A DNA stretch of 64,000 nt from an uncultured Myxococcales bacterium (GCA_964511535.1 CAZEFW010000002.1:818-64817); one strand, 5' to 3'. Counted from the first letter of the stretch, positions 21,504 to 31,092 are shown. Translations and numbers: made by a program. The notes: generated by a model from the letters alone, not told the origin.

Positions 21504-22418
21504 TCAATCGTCGGTTTTCAGGTTCAGGCTTTGCTCGGGATAGAGCTCCTCCACGCATTCCGGGCAGATGCCGTGGCTGAACTCGGCCTCGGAGTGGTGG
21601 GAGATGTACTGCTCCACCTGATTCCAGAGCCCGTCGTCGTCGCGGATCTTCTTGCACTTGCAGCAGATCGGCAGCAGGCCTCGCAGCGCCGTGATCTCCT
21701 GCCGGGACTCCTCCAGCCGGCTCACCGTCTGCTCCAGCTCATCGTTCAGCCGGGTCAGCTCGAGGTTGTGGGCGTAGGAGGCGCGCCGGTCACGGTTCAG
21801 CGCGTTGAGCAGCGCCATCCCCAGCCCGTTGGCCAGCATGAAGTACAGGAAGAACCGCACCGTCTCCACGGCCTCGATGGGCTGCGTCCAGGCGCGGAAA
21901 GTGATGAACGCCGTGGGGAAAGCCACCCCCGCGATCACGGTGAGCACGAACCGCTGGTTGATGAAGAGGTAGAAGCCGAAGGTCACCAGCAGCACGTTGA
22001 ACATGTTGTGAGTGAAGGTGAGCTGGTTGATGTGGCCCACCCGGATCAAGGCCGCGGAGATGAGCACCTGGGTCAGCACCGTCAGCAGGTAGAAGCCGCG
22101 GAAGAACTCCCGCGCGCGCTTGATGTAAATCGCAGAGCCCACCAGGAACACGCAGGTGAGCAGGCGGATGACGTTGGTCTCGATGATCACTTCGCGGGGC
22201 CTGCCGCTGAGCAGGTCCACCGCCACGAAGGCGAGGAAGATCAGCCCGCCCACCAGCATGGCGTTGGAGGGGCTGCGCTTGATCTCGGTCCAGTTGTCCC
22301 GGATGAAGCTGCGCTCGAGCTGCGGGTCGCGGAACTCGCCGGTCAGGCGCCTGAGCGCGCCGGAGCGCTGCGCTCGGTCGGAACGCTGCCAGTCTTCGCT
22401 GTCGCCTACGGACGCCAC
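21504..22418 (-). CDS. multi-TM sensor-like membrane protein with C-terminal Cys/His zinc-ribbon-like domain
   Basis: Six or seven hydrophobic helices and a coiled-coil. The C-terminus reads LPICCKCKKIRDDDGLWNQVEQYISHHSEAEFSHGICPECV. Confidence 0.5.
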   Translation of the reverse strand: MASVGDSEDWQRSDRAQRSGALRRLTGEFRDPQLERSFIRDNWTEIKRSPSNAMLVGGLIFLAFVAVDLLSGRPREVIIETNVIRLLTCVFLVGSAIYIKRAREFFRGFYLLTVLTQVLISAALIRVGHINQLTFTHNMFNVLLVTFGFYLFINQRFVLTVIAGVAFPTAFITFRAWTQPIEAVETVRFFLYFMLANGLGMALLNALNRDRRASYAHNLELTRLNDELEQTVSRLEESRQEITALRGLLPICCKCKKIRDDDGLWNQVEQYISHHSEAEFSHGICPECVEELYPEQSLNLKTDD

Positions 22419-22480
22419 GCCCTGGGCCCTTCGCGGCTGCCGCCGCGGTCAATCAGTTTGCTGTCTGTTTCGCAGAACCC

Positions 22481-23761
22481 CTACTGGGCGGGGATCGTAG
22501 CATAGACCACCGAGGGCTTGGTGCTCACCTTCTCGGCCATGGCCTTGCCCTTGGGGTCGTAGACGCCGCCGCCCGTGCCCGGCGAGTGGGTGGTGTTGGC
22601 CACCACGGCGTAGACGCCGTACTTGGCCGCGTAGCGCTTGTACCAGTTGGTGGACCCGGAGACGGTCCAGTAGGAGGAGATGGCCACCATGCGCGCGCCC
22701 AGCTGGTTGGCCAGCTTGCTCAGCAGGGTGGACGAGCCGTAGATGTCGGCGCAGATCAGGATCCCCACCTTGCCTGCGGGCGTGTCGAAGGTGGTGACCT
22801 TGTTCCCGGGGGTCAGGCGCTTGGTCTCCGAGCCGAACAGGTTGAACTTGTTGTGCACCGCCGCCACCTTGCCGGCGGGCGTGAAGGCCACCACCGTGTT
22901 GTGGTAGCGGTGGCCCGAGGACTTGGAGCCCGACGCCGTGGCCAGGTCGAAGGTGAGGTACACGCCGTGCTTGCGGGCCAGGGCGGAGAAGGTGCCCACC
23001 AGGCCGTCGGCGCTGGACGGGGTGCTGCCCACGGCGGGGGCGCGCTCGTAGTACTTCTGATCGCCGCCCAGGGCGTACTCGGGCAGCACCACCAGGCTGG
23101 CGCCGGCGGACGCGGCCTGGGCCGTGAGCGCGGACAGGGCGCAGACATTGGGCGTGGCGCTGGCGGCGCAGGATGAGCTCACCGAGGCGGCGTTGCCCGT
23201 GCCGTACTGCACGGCCGCGACCTTGAAGCCGGAGGTGGGCTTGGTGGTGGTGCCGGGGCCAGCGCTGGAGGTCGACTGGGCCTTGCAGGTCAGGCTCACG
23301 CGGTAGCTGCCGGTGGCCTGCCACTGAACGGAGTAGACCCCCAACAGGTACGCCTTGCCCGCCTCGCCGGAGAAGGAGAGGGAGACGCTGGCGCCGCTAT
23401 CGATGCGGCGCGAGGTGACCACCTTGCCGCTGGCTTTCTCGAACACCGCGGCGGCGGCGCCGGCGGACGCGGCGTGGGTGCCGCTGAAGCGGACGCTGTA
23501 GCTGGTGCGAGCGGAGGGGGCGGCGAGGCTGAACAGGTGGGCGCTGTCGTAGCCCGAGAACGCGCCGCTGGTGGGATACGAGCAGGACAGCGCGCGGCCG
23601 GTGTCCACCAGCCATGAGGGCAGATCGGCCTTGCCCTTGATGTGGGTCGGGGCCGCGCGGCCCTCGCCGAGATCGCCCTCGGGGCCGGGCCCGCAGGCGA
23701 GCATGAACAGGCCGAAGATCAGGGTCAAGCTGGTGTATGTCCGACGGATCCTGGAATCCAT
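22481..23761 (-). CDS. secreted lipoprotein with carbon-nitrogen hydrolase (nitrilase-superfamily) domain
   Basis: AAAGGAG RBS, signal LIFGLFMLACG. Catalytic triad context is VLPEYA (Glu), a Lys region, and ILICADI (Cys). The N-terminal domain is pre-peptidase-like. Confidence 0.7.
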   Translation of the reverse strand: MDSRIRRTYTSLTLIFGLFMLACGPGPEGDLGEGRAAPTHIKGKADLPSWLVDTGRALSCSYPTSGAFSGYDSAHLFSLAAPSARTSYSVRFSGTHAASAGAAAAVFEKASGKVVTSRRIDSGASVSLSFSGEAGKAYLLGVYSVQWQATGSYRVSLTCKAQSTSSAGPGTTTKPTSGFKVAAVQYGTGNAASVSSSCAASATPNVCALSALTAQAASAGASLVVLPEYALGGDQKYYERAPAVGSTPSSADGLVGTFSALARKHGVYLTFDLATASGSKSSGHRYHNTVVAFTPAGKVAAVHNKFNLFGSETKRLTPGNKVTTFDTPAGKVGILICADIYGSSTLLSKLANQLGARMVAISSYWTVSGSTNWYKRYAAKYGVYAVVANTTHSPGTGGGVYDPKGKAMAEKVSTKPSVVYATIPAQ

Positions 23762-23843
23762 TTGGCTCCTTTCTGTGACGGTCTGAAGCAGAAATTTGTA
23801 GCCGAGAGGGCGGGGGGCTGGCCACCTTTTTTTACGCCCTGCG

Positions 23844-24989
23844 TCAATTGCTGTGGAGGACCAGCGCGTTGGCCTCCCAGGGCCCAGGCGGCTCCAGGCC
23901 GTCCACGAGCCTTTGCAGCACCGCGCGGGGGACGCTCGCCTCGCCCCGGGCGGCGTTTCGGCGCAGCAGCTCGGCGTGGGGGGTCTCCACGTAGACCAGG
24001 GTGACATGGGCCCCGTAGCGGCGGAACAGGCGCACCAGCCTCGTCCGCATGGAGCGGGTGGTGTTGGTGGCGTTCCAGACAAGCGGCTCGCCGCGGGCCA
24101 GCAGGGGCCGGGCCTCGGCGCGGGCGGCCTGGGCCACGCGCCCCTGGTTGCCGTCGGGGGCCACGGCAAGCCGGCGACGGATCCGGTCCAGCGAGATCAC
24201 GGGGTGGTCCGCCGCGTTGGCGCGCACCCAGGTGTCCTTGCCCGCGCCGGGCAGCCCGCACATCAGCAGCACCCGGGAACCTGCAGGCTCGGGCAGGGGG
24301 ACGTCCGGGCTGCTCAGCCCATCGCAGAGGTAGCGATGTCGCGTCTCGCCCGACGGGTAGCAGCGCGGCGCGTCGAGGCAGCCCAGCTCCTGGCACTGGG
24401 CCTCCAGCAGCTCCACGCGCTCGAGCAGCTCGTCGAGGTCATCCGATTCGCGCCCCAGCATGTCGGCGCGGCCGAGCAGGCAGAACCAGCGTCCGGGGCA
24501 CAGGGCGGTGGCGCGCAGCACGGCGCGCACGGGGTCCTTCCGCCGGAGGAAGGACAGCACGATGCCGTGGTGCCGGATCAGCGACACCACCTGCTCGCGC
24601 CGCGCGAGGGAGGGCGCCGGGAGCGGGCCCTCGGCGCGGTAGAGCAGGCGGCGGGCCATGGTGGCGCCGCGCGGGCCGTGGCCGCGGGTGCGGAGGCGGC
24701 CGTCCTCCTGTCGGGTGGTGGCCGGCTTGCCGATGTCGTGCAGCAAGGCCGCGCAGAGCAGGACCGACCGGTCGCTGGTGTCCAGCGCGCGCCAGCCCGG
24801 GTCGGCCGCCAGGGCGGCCACCACGGCCCGGGTGTGGGTCAACACGTCCCCCTCGGGGTGGTAGATCGGGTCCTGAGCGCAGCGGGCCAGCGGTTCGAGC
24901 GCGGACTGAAACGGCGCGGCCAGGGCGTCCCAGTCCAGGGTCCACCCCGGCGGCTCCGGCAACCCCGGCAGGGTCCACTCAGGGGCCAT
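23844..24989 (-). CDS. HD-phosphohydrolase / P-loop polynucleotide kinase fusion (HD-Pnk-like RNA/DNA end-healing enzyme)
   Basis: The N-terminus has CCA-enzyme-type HD motifs (YHPEGDVLTHT, LLHDIGKP). The C-terminus has Walker A LLMCGLPGAGKDTW and a Pnk/AAA_33-like kinase fold. The start is set at an internal Met 5 nt after the ligase stop; an alternative start is at 25040. Confidence 0.7.
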   Translation of the reverse strand: MAPEWTLPGLPEPPGWTLDWDALAAPFQSALEPLARCAQDPIYHPEGDVLTHTRAVVAALAADPGWRALDTSDRSVLLCAALLHDIGKPATTRQEDGRLRTRGHGPRGATMARRLLYRAEGPLPAPSLARREQVVSLIRHHGIVLSFLRRKDPVRAVLRATALCPGRWFCLLGRADMLGRESDDLDELLERVELLEAQCQELGCLDAPRCYPSGETRHRYLCDGLSSPDVPLPEPAGSRVLLMCGLPGAGKDTWVRANAADHPVISLDRIRRRLAVAPDGNQGRVAQAARAEARPLLARGEPLVWNATNTTRSMRTRLVRLFRRYGAHVTLVYVETPHAELLRRNAARGEASVPRAVLQRLVDGLEPPGPWEANALVLHSN

Positions 24990-25800
24990 GGCTGCCCTCG
25001 GGCCCGTGGTCACCCGGCGCGAAGATGTCCACGTCATCACGCAGCTGGTTCGGGATGATGGGGCGGCGCTGCCAGTGGCCCTCCGCCCTGGCCACCGCGC
25101 TCAGGAAGCCGTGCCGGACGAACTTGTACCGTGCGGTCACCTCGCCTCCCTCCTCCACCTTGATGTACAGCCCCTCCATCAGCGTGGTGGGGTCCGACTC
25201 GCTCAGTGCGCGCGCCGGATCCAGCCCCAGCGCCTCGGCCGAGGCCCGCAGCCGCTCGGTGTGCCCCTCGGCGATGAACGCCGACGGGCCGAGCAGGTCG
25301 GTGAGCTGCTCCAGCGACGCGAGCGGGCCCTCGTGCAGCACCCGCACCGGCGACAGCGGCACCCTGGCCAGGCGACGGGCGCGGGTGGGCGTGTCGAGGA
25401 ACGCCCGGTCCTGCCGGTCGTACAGGTCGAACTCCATGAAGAGGTGGGGCAGGCGATCGTAGAACACCGTGTGCCGCGCGTGGAGCCACTCGCCGAACAG
25501 CACGTACCGGCGGCCCAGGGCCTCGCGCAGTGAGCCCTCGTGTGCAGCGGCCCAGCGCTTGAACAGGTCGAAGTGCCGCTCCCGGCCGCCGCCGGTGAGG
25601 TAGTGCCCGCGGCTCTGCAGGCGAAGCTCACCGTCGGGGCCGAAGGAGACGCCCGCGTTGGCGCCGTCCATCTTCTCCTCCACCACCAGGTGCCGGCCGG
25701 CCAGGGCGGCGAAGGGCACCGCCTGAAGGTCCTCGTCGCCCGGCTGCAGGCGCGAGCCCTGCACATGGTGGGTGCGGGGGTATTTGAAGATCGGCTCCAT
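24979..25800 (-). CDS. ATP-dependent RNA ligase (KxDG nucleotidyltransferase, DraRnl/Rnl5-like)
   Basis: Motif I VEEKMDGANAGVSF (lysine-adenylate KxDG), motif III VLFGEW, motif IV EGLYIKVE, motif V YKFVR. Preferred start is MEPIFKYPRTHH, 4 nt after the methyltransferase stop. Confidence 0.7.
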   Translation of the reverse strand: MEPIFKYPRTHHVQGSRLQPGDEDLQAVPFAALAGRHLVVEEKMDGANAGVSFGPDGELRLQSRGHYLTGGGRERHFDLFKRWAAAHEGSLREALGRRYVLFGEWLHARHTVFYDRLPHLFMEFDLYDRQDRAFLDTPTRARRLARVPLSPVRVLHEGPLASLEQLTDLLGPSAFIAEGHTERLRASAEALGLDPARALSESDPTTLMEGLYIKVEEGGEVTARYKFVRHGFLSAVARAEGHWQRRPIIPNQLRDDVDIFAPGDHGPEGSHGP

Positions 25801-25804
25801 CTCG

Positions 25805-26410
25805 TCAGGGTGTCGCCACCATGGCCAGGGCGATGGTGTGGTTGAGCACCGCATCCATCTTGACCCGCGCGGCGCCGGCGCGCAGCAACAGGCGCTCCAG
25901 GGCGCCGCCGGCCAGCAGGCTCACATGCTCCGGGTTGTCGTCGGGCTTGCTCGGCACCGAGGCGATGACGAACCGGCGCGCGACCCGCATCGCCTCGGCC
26001 GCGGCCGGGGCCGGGTCGCGCTGGTGCTCCAGCACCTCCAGGGCGAGCACCCCGTCGAAGCTGCGGTCGGCGAAGGGCAGCGCGCCCAGGTCCCCGCGCG
26101 CGGCGGTCAGCTGCTGGACGCCGCCGCGGGCCACCGCCGCCGCCCGCGCCGTGGACGACGCGGAGCGGTCCAGGGCGGTCACCGGCACCGCCGGCAGCGC
26201 GTCCAGCAGCGGCCACAGGCCCGCGCCGCGGCCAGGCCCGAGGTCGAGCAGGTCGCCCGGCTGCAGCGCCCGGAGCATGCCGAGCACGCGCCGCACCCGC
26301 GGCAACCCCCCGGTGCGCTTGAACGGGTGCATGCGCAGCTGGCCCGGCGGCAGCCCCGCGCCGCGTCGGTACGCCTCGGCCAGGCGCAGGTGGTGGGTCG
26401 TGTCATCCAT
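25805..26410 (-). CDS. class I SAM-dependent methyltransferase (small, Hen1-C-terminal-like size)
   Basis: Motif I LLDLGPGRGAG, acidic motif II VTALD, motif IV FDGVLALEVLEH. ATG at 26410; the track used an upstream TTG at 26428. Confidence 0.65.
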   Translation of the reverse strand: MDDTTHHLRLAEAYRRGAGLPPGQLRMHPFKRTGGLPRVRRVLGMLRALQPGDLLDLGPGRGAGLWPLLDALPAVPVTALDRSASSTARAAAVARGGVQQLTAARGDLGALPFADRSFDGVLALEVLEHQRDPAPAAAEAMRVARRFVIASVPSKPDDNPEHVSLLAGGALERLLLRAGAARVKMDAVLNHTIALAMVATP

Positions 26411-26424
26411 GACGGGGCCCGGGA

Positions 26425-29079
26425 TCAATCCACGGTGATGCTCTTGGAGACGTTCTTCGGCACGTCCGGGTGCACGCCGTGGTCCTTGACGCCGAGGCGG
26501 TCGAGGTAGGCTGCCTTGCGCAGGCTCATCTCCAGGGCCAGCCGTTGCAGCACCACCGTGGCGGAGAAGCAGGCCATGAGCGTGTCGTTGGTGCGCGGCA
26601 GCTGGATGTAGACGGCGCGGTACTCGGGGCTGCCCGCGGGGGCCTTGGTGGCGGCCTGGCGCAGGGCGGGGTGCTCCTCGGCGATGACCACCGTGTTGGC
26701 GCCGCGGATCTTGTGGGTGTTGATCTGGGACACGGTGAGCTTCACGTCCCGCTCGTGGGCGCCGGTGATGTAGATCAGCGGGTACTGGCCGTCCATCACC
26801 GACAGCAGGTCGGTGCGGTCCACCACCTCGTCGAACAGCGCGTGCTCCTGGGCGTCGAGGGAGAAGTCTGCCGAGGCCGGGGCGAAGGGCGCGTCGGCCA
26901 CTGCCTGCACCAGGCGGCCGAGGCTGGCGCCGCCGGCGCCCTGCTCCGCCCCGCGGCGCACCAGCTCGTCGGCGGCCTTGCCCAGTCGCGACAGCAGCGC
27001 CTCGACCTCCAGCGGGCCGAGCAGAGTGTTGAAGCCGAGGATCGTGTTGGGCCCGTGCTTGAACTCGGACCCCTCGAACCCCTCGGTGTGGTTGAGCACC
27101 ACCTCCCGCACCTTGAGCGCCCCCTCCTTGGCCACGGACGTGAGCCGGGTGGCCATGATATGGATGCTCGGCGTCAGGTACAGCATGCGCGCCGCCTCCT
27201 CCACGTCGGCCGCGGTGGCTGCCACGGTCTCGCGGATCAGCGCCGGGATGGTGGGCAGCTTCTCCCGCCGCAGGGCCAGCTCCGGGCCGAGCTCCTCGGC
27301 GCGGCCCGGAGGCATGGCGCCGTCGCTCAGCCGCCGCTCGCCCAGGTGCAGGGCGAGCAGGTAGAAGAGCATCATCTGGTTGATGAAGCTCTTGGTGGCC
27401 GGCACCGCGATCTCCGGGCCGCAGCGCAGCGGGATCACCAGGTGGCTCTTCTCCTGGGCCAGCGTGGAGTTGACGTTGTTGACCAGCGCCACCCGGCCGA
27501 TGTCACGGCCGCTGGCGATGACGTCGTCCAGCACGTCGATCAGGTCCTTGGTCTCGCCGCTCTGGCTCACGGCGATGAACAGGTCGCCGTCTCTGATGCA
27601 GCGGGACACCTGGCCGCGGAACTCCCCCGGCAGCAGCGGCGTCAGGTCGGTGTGGGCCAGCTCGTTGAAGAACAGCGCGCCCGCCTTGGCCGCGTGGTAC
27701 GAGCTGCCGCAGCAGGTGACGTAGATGCGCCCGCCCCGGCGGATGGTCTGCAGGCACAGGTCGCCGAAGGCGCCGATGGCCGCGGCGTACTCCTCCACCT
27801 CCTGGCGCTCCAGCAGGGCGTCGAGCAGCAGCACGGCGCGCCTGTCGTGGACGCCGCGGGCCATGGGCAGCAGGTCAGCGAAGAAGCCGGCCTCCGCCGA
27901 GGCCATGCCCTCGTCCAGGCGCTCCGGCCGGGCCTCGTCCGCCGCGTGGTCCTGCATCTGCCCGGTCAGGGCGCGCACCGGGGCCAGGTCCGCCAGCTCG
28001 TGAAAGCAACGCTGGATGTCGTCGTCATCGTACTGGTCGCGCAGCCTGTCCAGGGCGGCGCGGATGGCCTGCAGGTCTTCAGCCGTGAGGGCCTCCAGCT
28101 GCGGGCGCAGGCGCGCCAGCCCGTCGCTGCCGCCGCAGAAGATGCGCGTCACCGCGCGGCAGGTATGCTCCTGGGCGCTGATCTCCTGGTCCATGAAGGT
28201 CTCGAACGGGGGGATCAGGCCGGTGTCCTTGGCGCGCAGGCGGCTGCGCCGCGGGCCGCGCTCCAGCGGCTCGCCGGCCTCGAGCTGCTCCACCCCGGAT
28301 GGCCCCTCCCGGCGCAGGTCCTGCACCGCGTACAGCTGGTAGCCCTCGGGGGTGTACTCCACCAGCTCCCCCTGACGCAGGGGCACCACCACCCGGGTCA
28401 TCTTCAGGATGCTCGACAGGTCGGACGAGGCGATGGAGAACGGCCCGCCGGGACCTCCCTTGCCGAGGCCGAAGTAGAGGCTGGAGCCCTGCTTGACCGC
28501 CCAGACCACGCGGCTCACCGGGTCAACGATGACCGCCGCGTAGGACCCCTGGAGCCGCGCGGCAGCGGCGACCCACGCCCGGCGCATGCACGCGCGTCGG
28601 GAGTCCGGCTCAAGCTGCTGCTTTTCGCCCAGCGCCGACAGCTCGCGGTTGAAGTAGTGCTCCACCGTGTGCACCACCATCTCCCCGTCGTTGTCCGACA
28701 GGACCTGGTGTCCCTCGTCGGTGAGCCACGCCTTGAGCTGGTCGCAGTTGGTGACGTTGCCGTTGTGCGCGCCGTAGAGGGTGAACCCCTTGCACCGCAC
28801 CAGGTGGGGCTGGGCGTTGACGTCGTTGACGGCGCCGAAGGTGGCCCATCGCACCTGGCCGCAGAAGATGGACCCGGCCATCTGCACCACGCCGAGCTGG
28901 TGCACCATGACCGACGGCGCCCCCACCCCCTTGGCCAGGCTCACCTGCTCGCCCTCGCCCTGGATCGCGGCGCCCGTGGAGTCGTAGCCGCGGTACTCCA
29001 GGGTCTTGAGCAGCTCGGCCGCCACCTGTCCCATGTCCTGCCGGTGGCGCTGAAAGGTCAGCCCGATGACGCCGCACAT
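26425..29079 (-). CDS. GlmS-like glutamine amidotransferase (Ntn class II) with two SIS domains, 884 aa with large insertions
   Basis: N-terminal MCGVIG nucleophile. FMDQEISAQEHTCRAV matches the GlmS linker. SIS motifs are CCGSSYHAAKAG and VSQSGETKDLIDVL, then HTEGFEGSEFKHGP, and a C-terminal KSITVD as in GlmS KSVTVE. Canonical GlmS is about 610 aa. Confidence 0.7.
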   Translation of the reverse strand: MCGVIGLTFQRHRQDMGQVAAELLKTLEYRGYDSTGAAIQGEGEQVSLAKGVGAPSVMVHQLGVVQMAGSIFCGQVRWATFGAVNDVNAQPHLVRCKGFTLYGAHNGNVTNCDQLKAWLTDEGHQVLSDNDGEMVVHTVEHYFNRELSALGEKQQLEPDSRRACMRRAWVAAAARLQGSYAAVIVDPVSRVVWAVKQGSSLYFGLGKGGPGGPFSIASSDLSSILKMTRVVVPLRQGELVEYTPEGYQLYAVQDLRREGPSGVEQLEAGEPLERGPRRSRLRAKDTGLIPPFETFMDQEISAQEHTCRAVTRIFCGGSDGLARLRPQLEALTAEDLQAIRAALDRLRDQYDDDDIQRCFHELADLAPVRALTGQMQDHAADEARPERLDEGMASAEAGFFADLLPMARGVHDRRAVLLLDALLERQEVEEYAAAIGAFGDLCLQTIRRGGRIYVTCCGSSYHAAKAGALFFNELAHTDLTPLLPGEFRGQVSRCIRDGDLFIAVSQSGETKDLIDVLDDVIASGRDIGRVALVNNVNSTLAQEKSHLVIPLRCGPEIAVPATKSFINQMMLFYLLALHLGERRLSDGAMPPGRAEELGPELALRREKLPTIPALIRETVAATAADVEEAARMLYLTPSIHIMATRLTSVAKEGALKVREVVLNHTEGFEGSEFKHGPNTILGFNTLLGPLEVEALLSRLGKAADELVRRGAEQGAGGASLGRLVQAVADAPFAPASADFSLDAQEHALFDEVVDRTDLLSVMDGQYPLIYITGAHERDVKLTVSQINTHKIRGANTVVIAEEHPALRQAATKAPAGSPEYRAVYIQLPRTNDTLMACFSATVVLQRLALEMSLRKAAYLDRLGVKDHGVHPDVPKNVSKSITVD

Positions 29080-29176
29080 GATCGATCTCCCGAGGTCGTT
29101 CGACGGGCATGGTACCCCGGAACGAAGTCAGCTCACGGGGCAAAGATCGCCGCCCTCTGCGGCGGCGCGCGCGTGA

Positions 29177-30823
29177 TCAATCGGGCAGCTCGGTTGCTTC
29201 CTTGACCTCCTCCCAGCTCAGGCCGTGGCGGGCCAGGTACTTGCGCAGGCGGTCCGCGTCGTTGCGGGTTCGCCGCCGGGTGCGGCTGACGTCGAACAGC
29301 GCCCGACCCGCGGCGGACAGCGACGGCGCGGCGGCGCAGGCCCGCGCGACCTCGGCCAGCTGGGGCCGGTCGAAGCGATCCAGGGCGGCCAGCCGGTCCG
29401 GGCCCAGCAGGCGGAGCAGCAGCGCCTCCTCTCCGCGGCCTGCGCCGCCCCTGCCCCTGGACCAGCTCCGGCGCAGCCGGGCGATCTCGCCGTCCACCAC
29501 CTCCTCGGTGATGCGCCCCCGCGGGCAGAGGGTGGCCATGCGGGTCACCGCGCCGATCAGGTCGCGGAAGTTGCCGGACCATGTCGCCTGGTCCGAGCAG
29601 GCGAAGGCCAGGAACCGGTCTCGCGCCTCGCGGTTGAAGCTCACCGCGCGCGAGGTGCGGGCCGCCACCTGCTCCAGCTCATGATCCAGGTTGGGGGCGA
29701 TATCCTCGGGCCGCTGTCGCAGGCCGGGCAGCGCGAAGGTCCACAGATCGATGCGCGCCAGCAGGTCCTCGCGGAAGCGGCCGCGCGCCACCGCCCGGGA
29801 CAGGTCGCGGTTGGTGCCGCAGATGAGCTGGAAGTCGCTCGTCACCTCGCCCTGGTCCGGATCGGCCCCCATGGGCAGGAACATCCCCTCCTCGATGGCG
29901 TGCAGCAACATCGCCTGCTCGTCCAGGCCCAGCTCGCCCACCTCGTCCAGGAAGAGCAGCCCCTGGTGGGCCGCCTGCAGCAGCCCGGCGCGGTGGGTCG
30001 TGGCGCCGGTGAACGCGCCCCGGCGGTGGCCGAACAGGGTGGACAGGGCCATGTCGCCGCGCAGGGTGGCGCAGTTGACCTCCACCAGGCGGCCGGTGAG
30101 GTGGCCGCGCAGGCGCTTGAGCTGGTAGATGCGGCGGGCCAGCCGGGTCTTGCCGGCGCCGGTGGGCCCGGTGAGCAGGATCGGCTCCCGGGAGCGGATG
30201 GCCACGCGCTCGATCTGGTCCACCAGGTCGTTGAATGCGCGGTTGCGGGTCTCGATGCCCCCCTTGAGGAACGCCACGTCATCGTCCGCGTCGCGGGCGA
30301 AGCGCTGGGCCAGCAGGTCGTAGCGCGACAGGTCGAGGTCGATGACCGCGTGGCGCCCCGCGGGATCGTTGTTCCGGCGGCCCGGGGCGGGGCTGGTCTG
30401 AAGCAGCTTGCCGGGCAGGTGCCGGGACTCGGTGAGCAGGAAGAGACAGATCTGGGCCACGTGGGTGCCCGTAGTGATGTGAACCAGCAGCTCGTGGGTC
30501 TCCTGGTTGAGCGACAGCCCGCGGGAAAAGTCGTACAGCGTGGCGTAGACCTCCTCGAAGTCCCAGGGGTCGGTCAGGTCCACCGGGTGCAGCGTCACCT
30601 CGGTCTCCGGAGATACGGAGCGGATGTCATCGGCCACCGTGGCGGCCAGGCGGCGAAACGGGCGCTGGTGGATCAGCTCGTAGCGGTGGACCAGCAGGTC
30701 CTCCTGCATGCATACGGCCACCGAGGGGCGCCACTGCTCCCATCGCGTGGCCTCCGCGCCGCGGTCCAGCACCGGTCCCAGCATGCCGACCACCACCGTA
30801 TGCGGCTCGATTCGTTGGGACAT
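29177..30823 (-). CDS. rtcR: sigma54-dependent transcriptional activator RtcR (CARF N-domain + AAA+)
   Basis: Central AAA+ domain with LTGPTGAGKTRLARRIY, GAFTGA and FLDEVGELGLD. About 190 aa of N-terminal CARF-like domain; 548 aa overall, comparable to E. coli RtcR. Located between the two repair modules. Confidence 0.8.
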   Translation of the reverse strand: MSQRIEPHTVVVGMLGPVLDRGAEATRWEQWRPSVAVCMQEDLLVHRYELIHQRPFRRLAATVADDIRSVSPETEVTLHPVDLTDPWDFEEVYATLYDFSRGLSLNQETHELLVHITTGTHVAQICLFLLTESRHLPGKLLQTSPAPGRRNNDPAGRHAVIDLDLSRYDLLAQRFARDADDDVAFLKGGIETRNRAFNDLVDQIERVAIRSREPILLTGPTGAGKTRLARRIYQLKRLRGHLTGRLVEVNCATLRGDMALSTLFGHRRGAFTGATTHRAGLLQAAHQGLLFLDEVGELGLDEQAMLLHAIEEGMFLPMGADPDQGEVTSDFQLICGTNRDLSRAVARGRFREDLLARIDLWTFALPGLRQRPEDIAPNLDHELEQVAARTSRAVSFNREARDRFLAFACSDQATWSGNFRDLIGAVTRMATLCPRGRITEEVVDGEIARLRRSWSRGRGGAGRGEEALLLRLLGPDRLAALDRFDRPQLAEVARACAAAPSLSAAGRALFDVSRTRRRTRNDADRLRKYLARHGLSWEEVKEATELPD

Positions 30824-30840
30824 GGGTCTTATCCTACGGG

Positions 30841-30880
30841 ATAGGTTGATATAAATCTATATACGATGTTTGTCGGAGCC
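30841..30880. promoter_or_regulatory. AT-rich island (probable enhancer/IHF region and rtcR promoter) between rtcR start and sigma54 promoter
   Basis: ataggttgatataaatctatatacgatgtttgtc is about 75% AT in a ~70% GC background. It lies 60-100 nt upstream of the sigma54 -24/-12 element. Confidence 0.45.
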
Positions 30881-30938
30881 AGGTCGGGTGCCCATGTCCT
30901 GACAGCATAATCATTGGGTTTTTCTTTCAGGCCCGGTC

Positions 30939-30954
30939 TGGCACATCCCCTGCA
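30939..30954 (+). promoter_or_regulatory. sigma54 (-24/-12) promoter for the SPFH-rtcA-rtcB operon
   Basis: TGGCACatcccctGCA has GG and GC separated by exactly 10 nt. Consensus is TGGCACG-N4-TTGCA. It is divergent from rtcR. Confidence 0.65.
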
Positions 30955-31092
30955 AACTTCAATGGATATCGCCTCCGGGCCAGCGGCGCGGTGGAGCCGG
31001 GCAAAGGCTGTTGCTCCATCGTGTACCGAACATGGCGTCGAACCGGGTGCGGTGAAAGCGGCAGGGCGGGCAAAGCCGTCCTGCCCGGTCAA

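Noticed and set aside
23781-23843. Intrinsic terminator (GC-rich segment followed by a T7 run on the plus strand) between the HD-Pnk and CN-hydrolase genes
   Set aside because: Both flanking genes are on the minus strand, where the sequence reads as an A-run before the GC segment. No clean inverted repeat is present.
29080-29176. A second sigma54 promoter in the rtcR-to-GlmS-like intergenic region
   Set aside because: On the minus strand there is no GG-N10-GC element resembling TGGCAC-N5-TTGC. The closest (GGCGATCTTTGC) has the wrong spacing.
26470-29205. 911-aa plus-strand ORF antisense to the GlmS-like gene, and 29225..30844 + antisense to rtcR
   Set aside because: The minus-strand frames carry unmistakable GlmS and RtcR motifs. 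The antisense translations are low-complexity.
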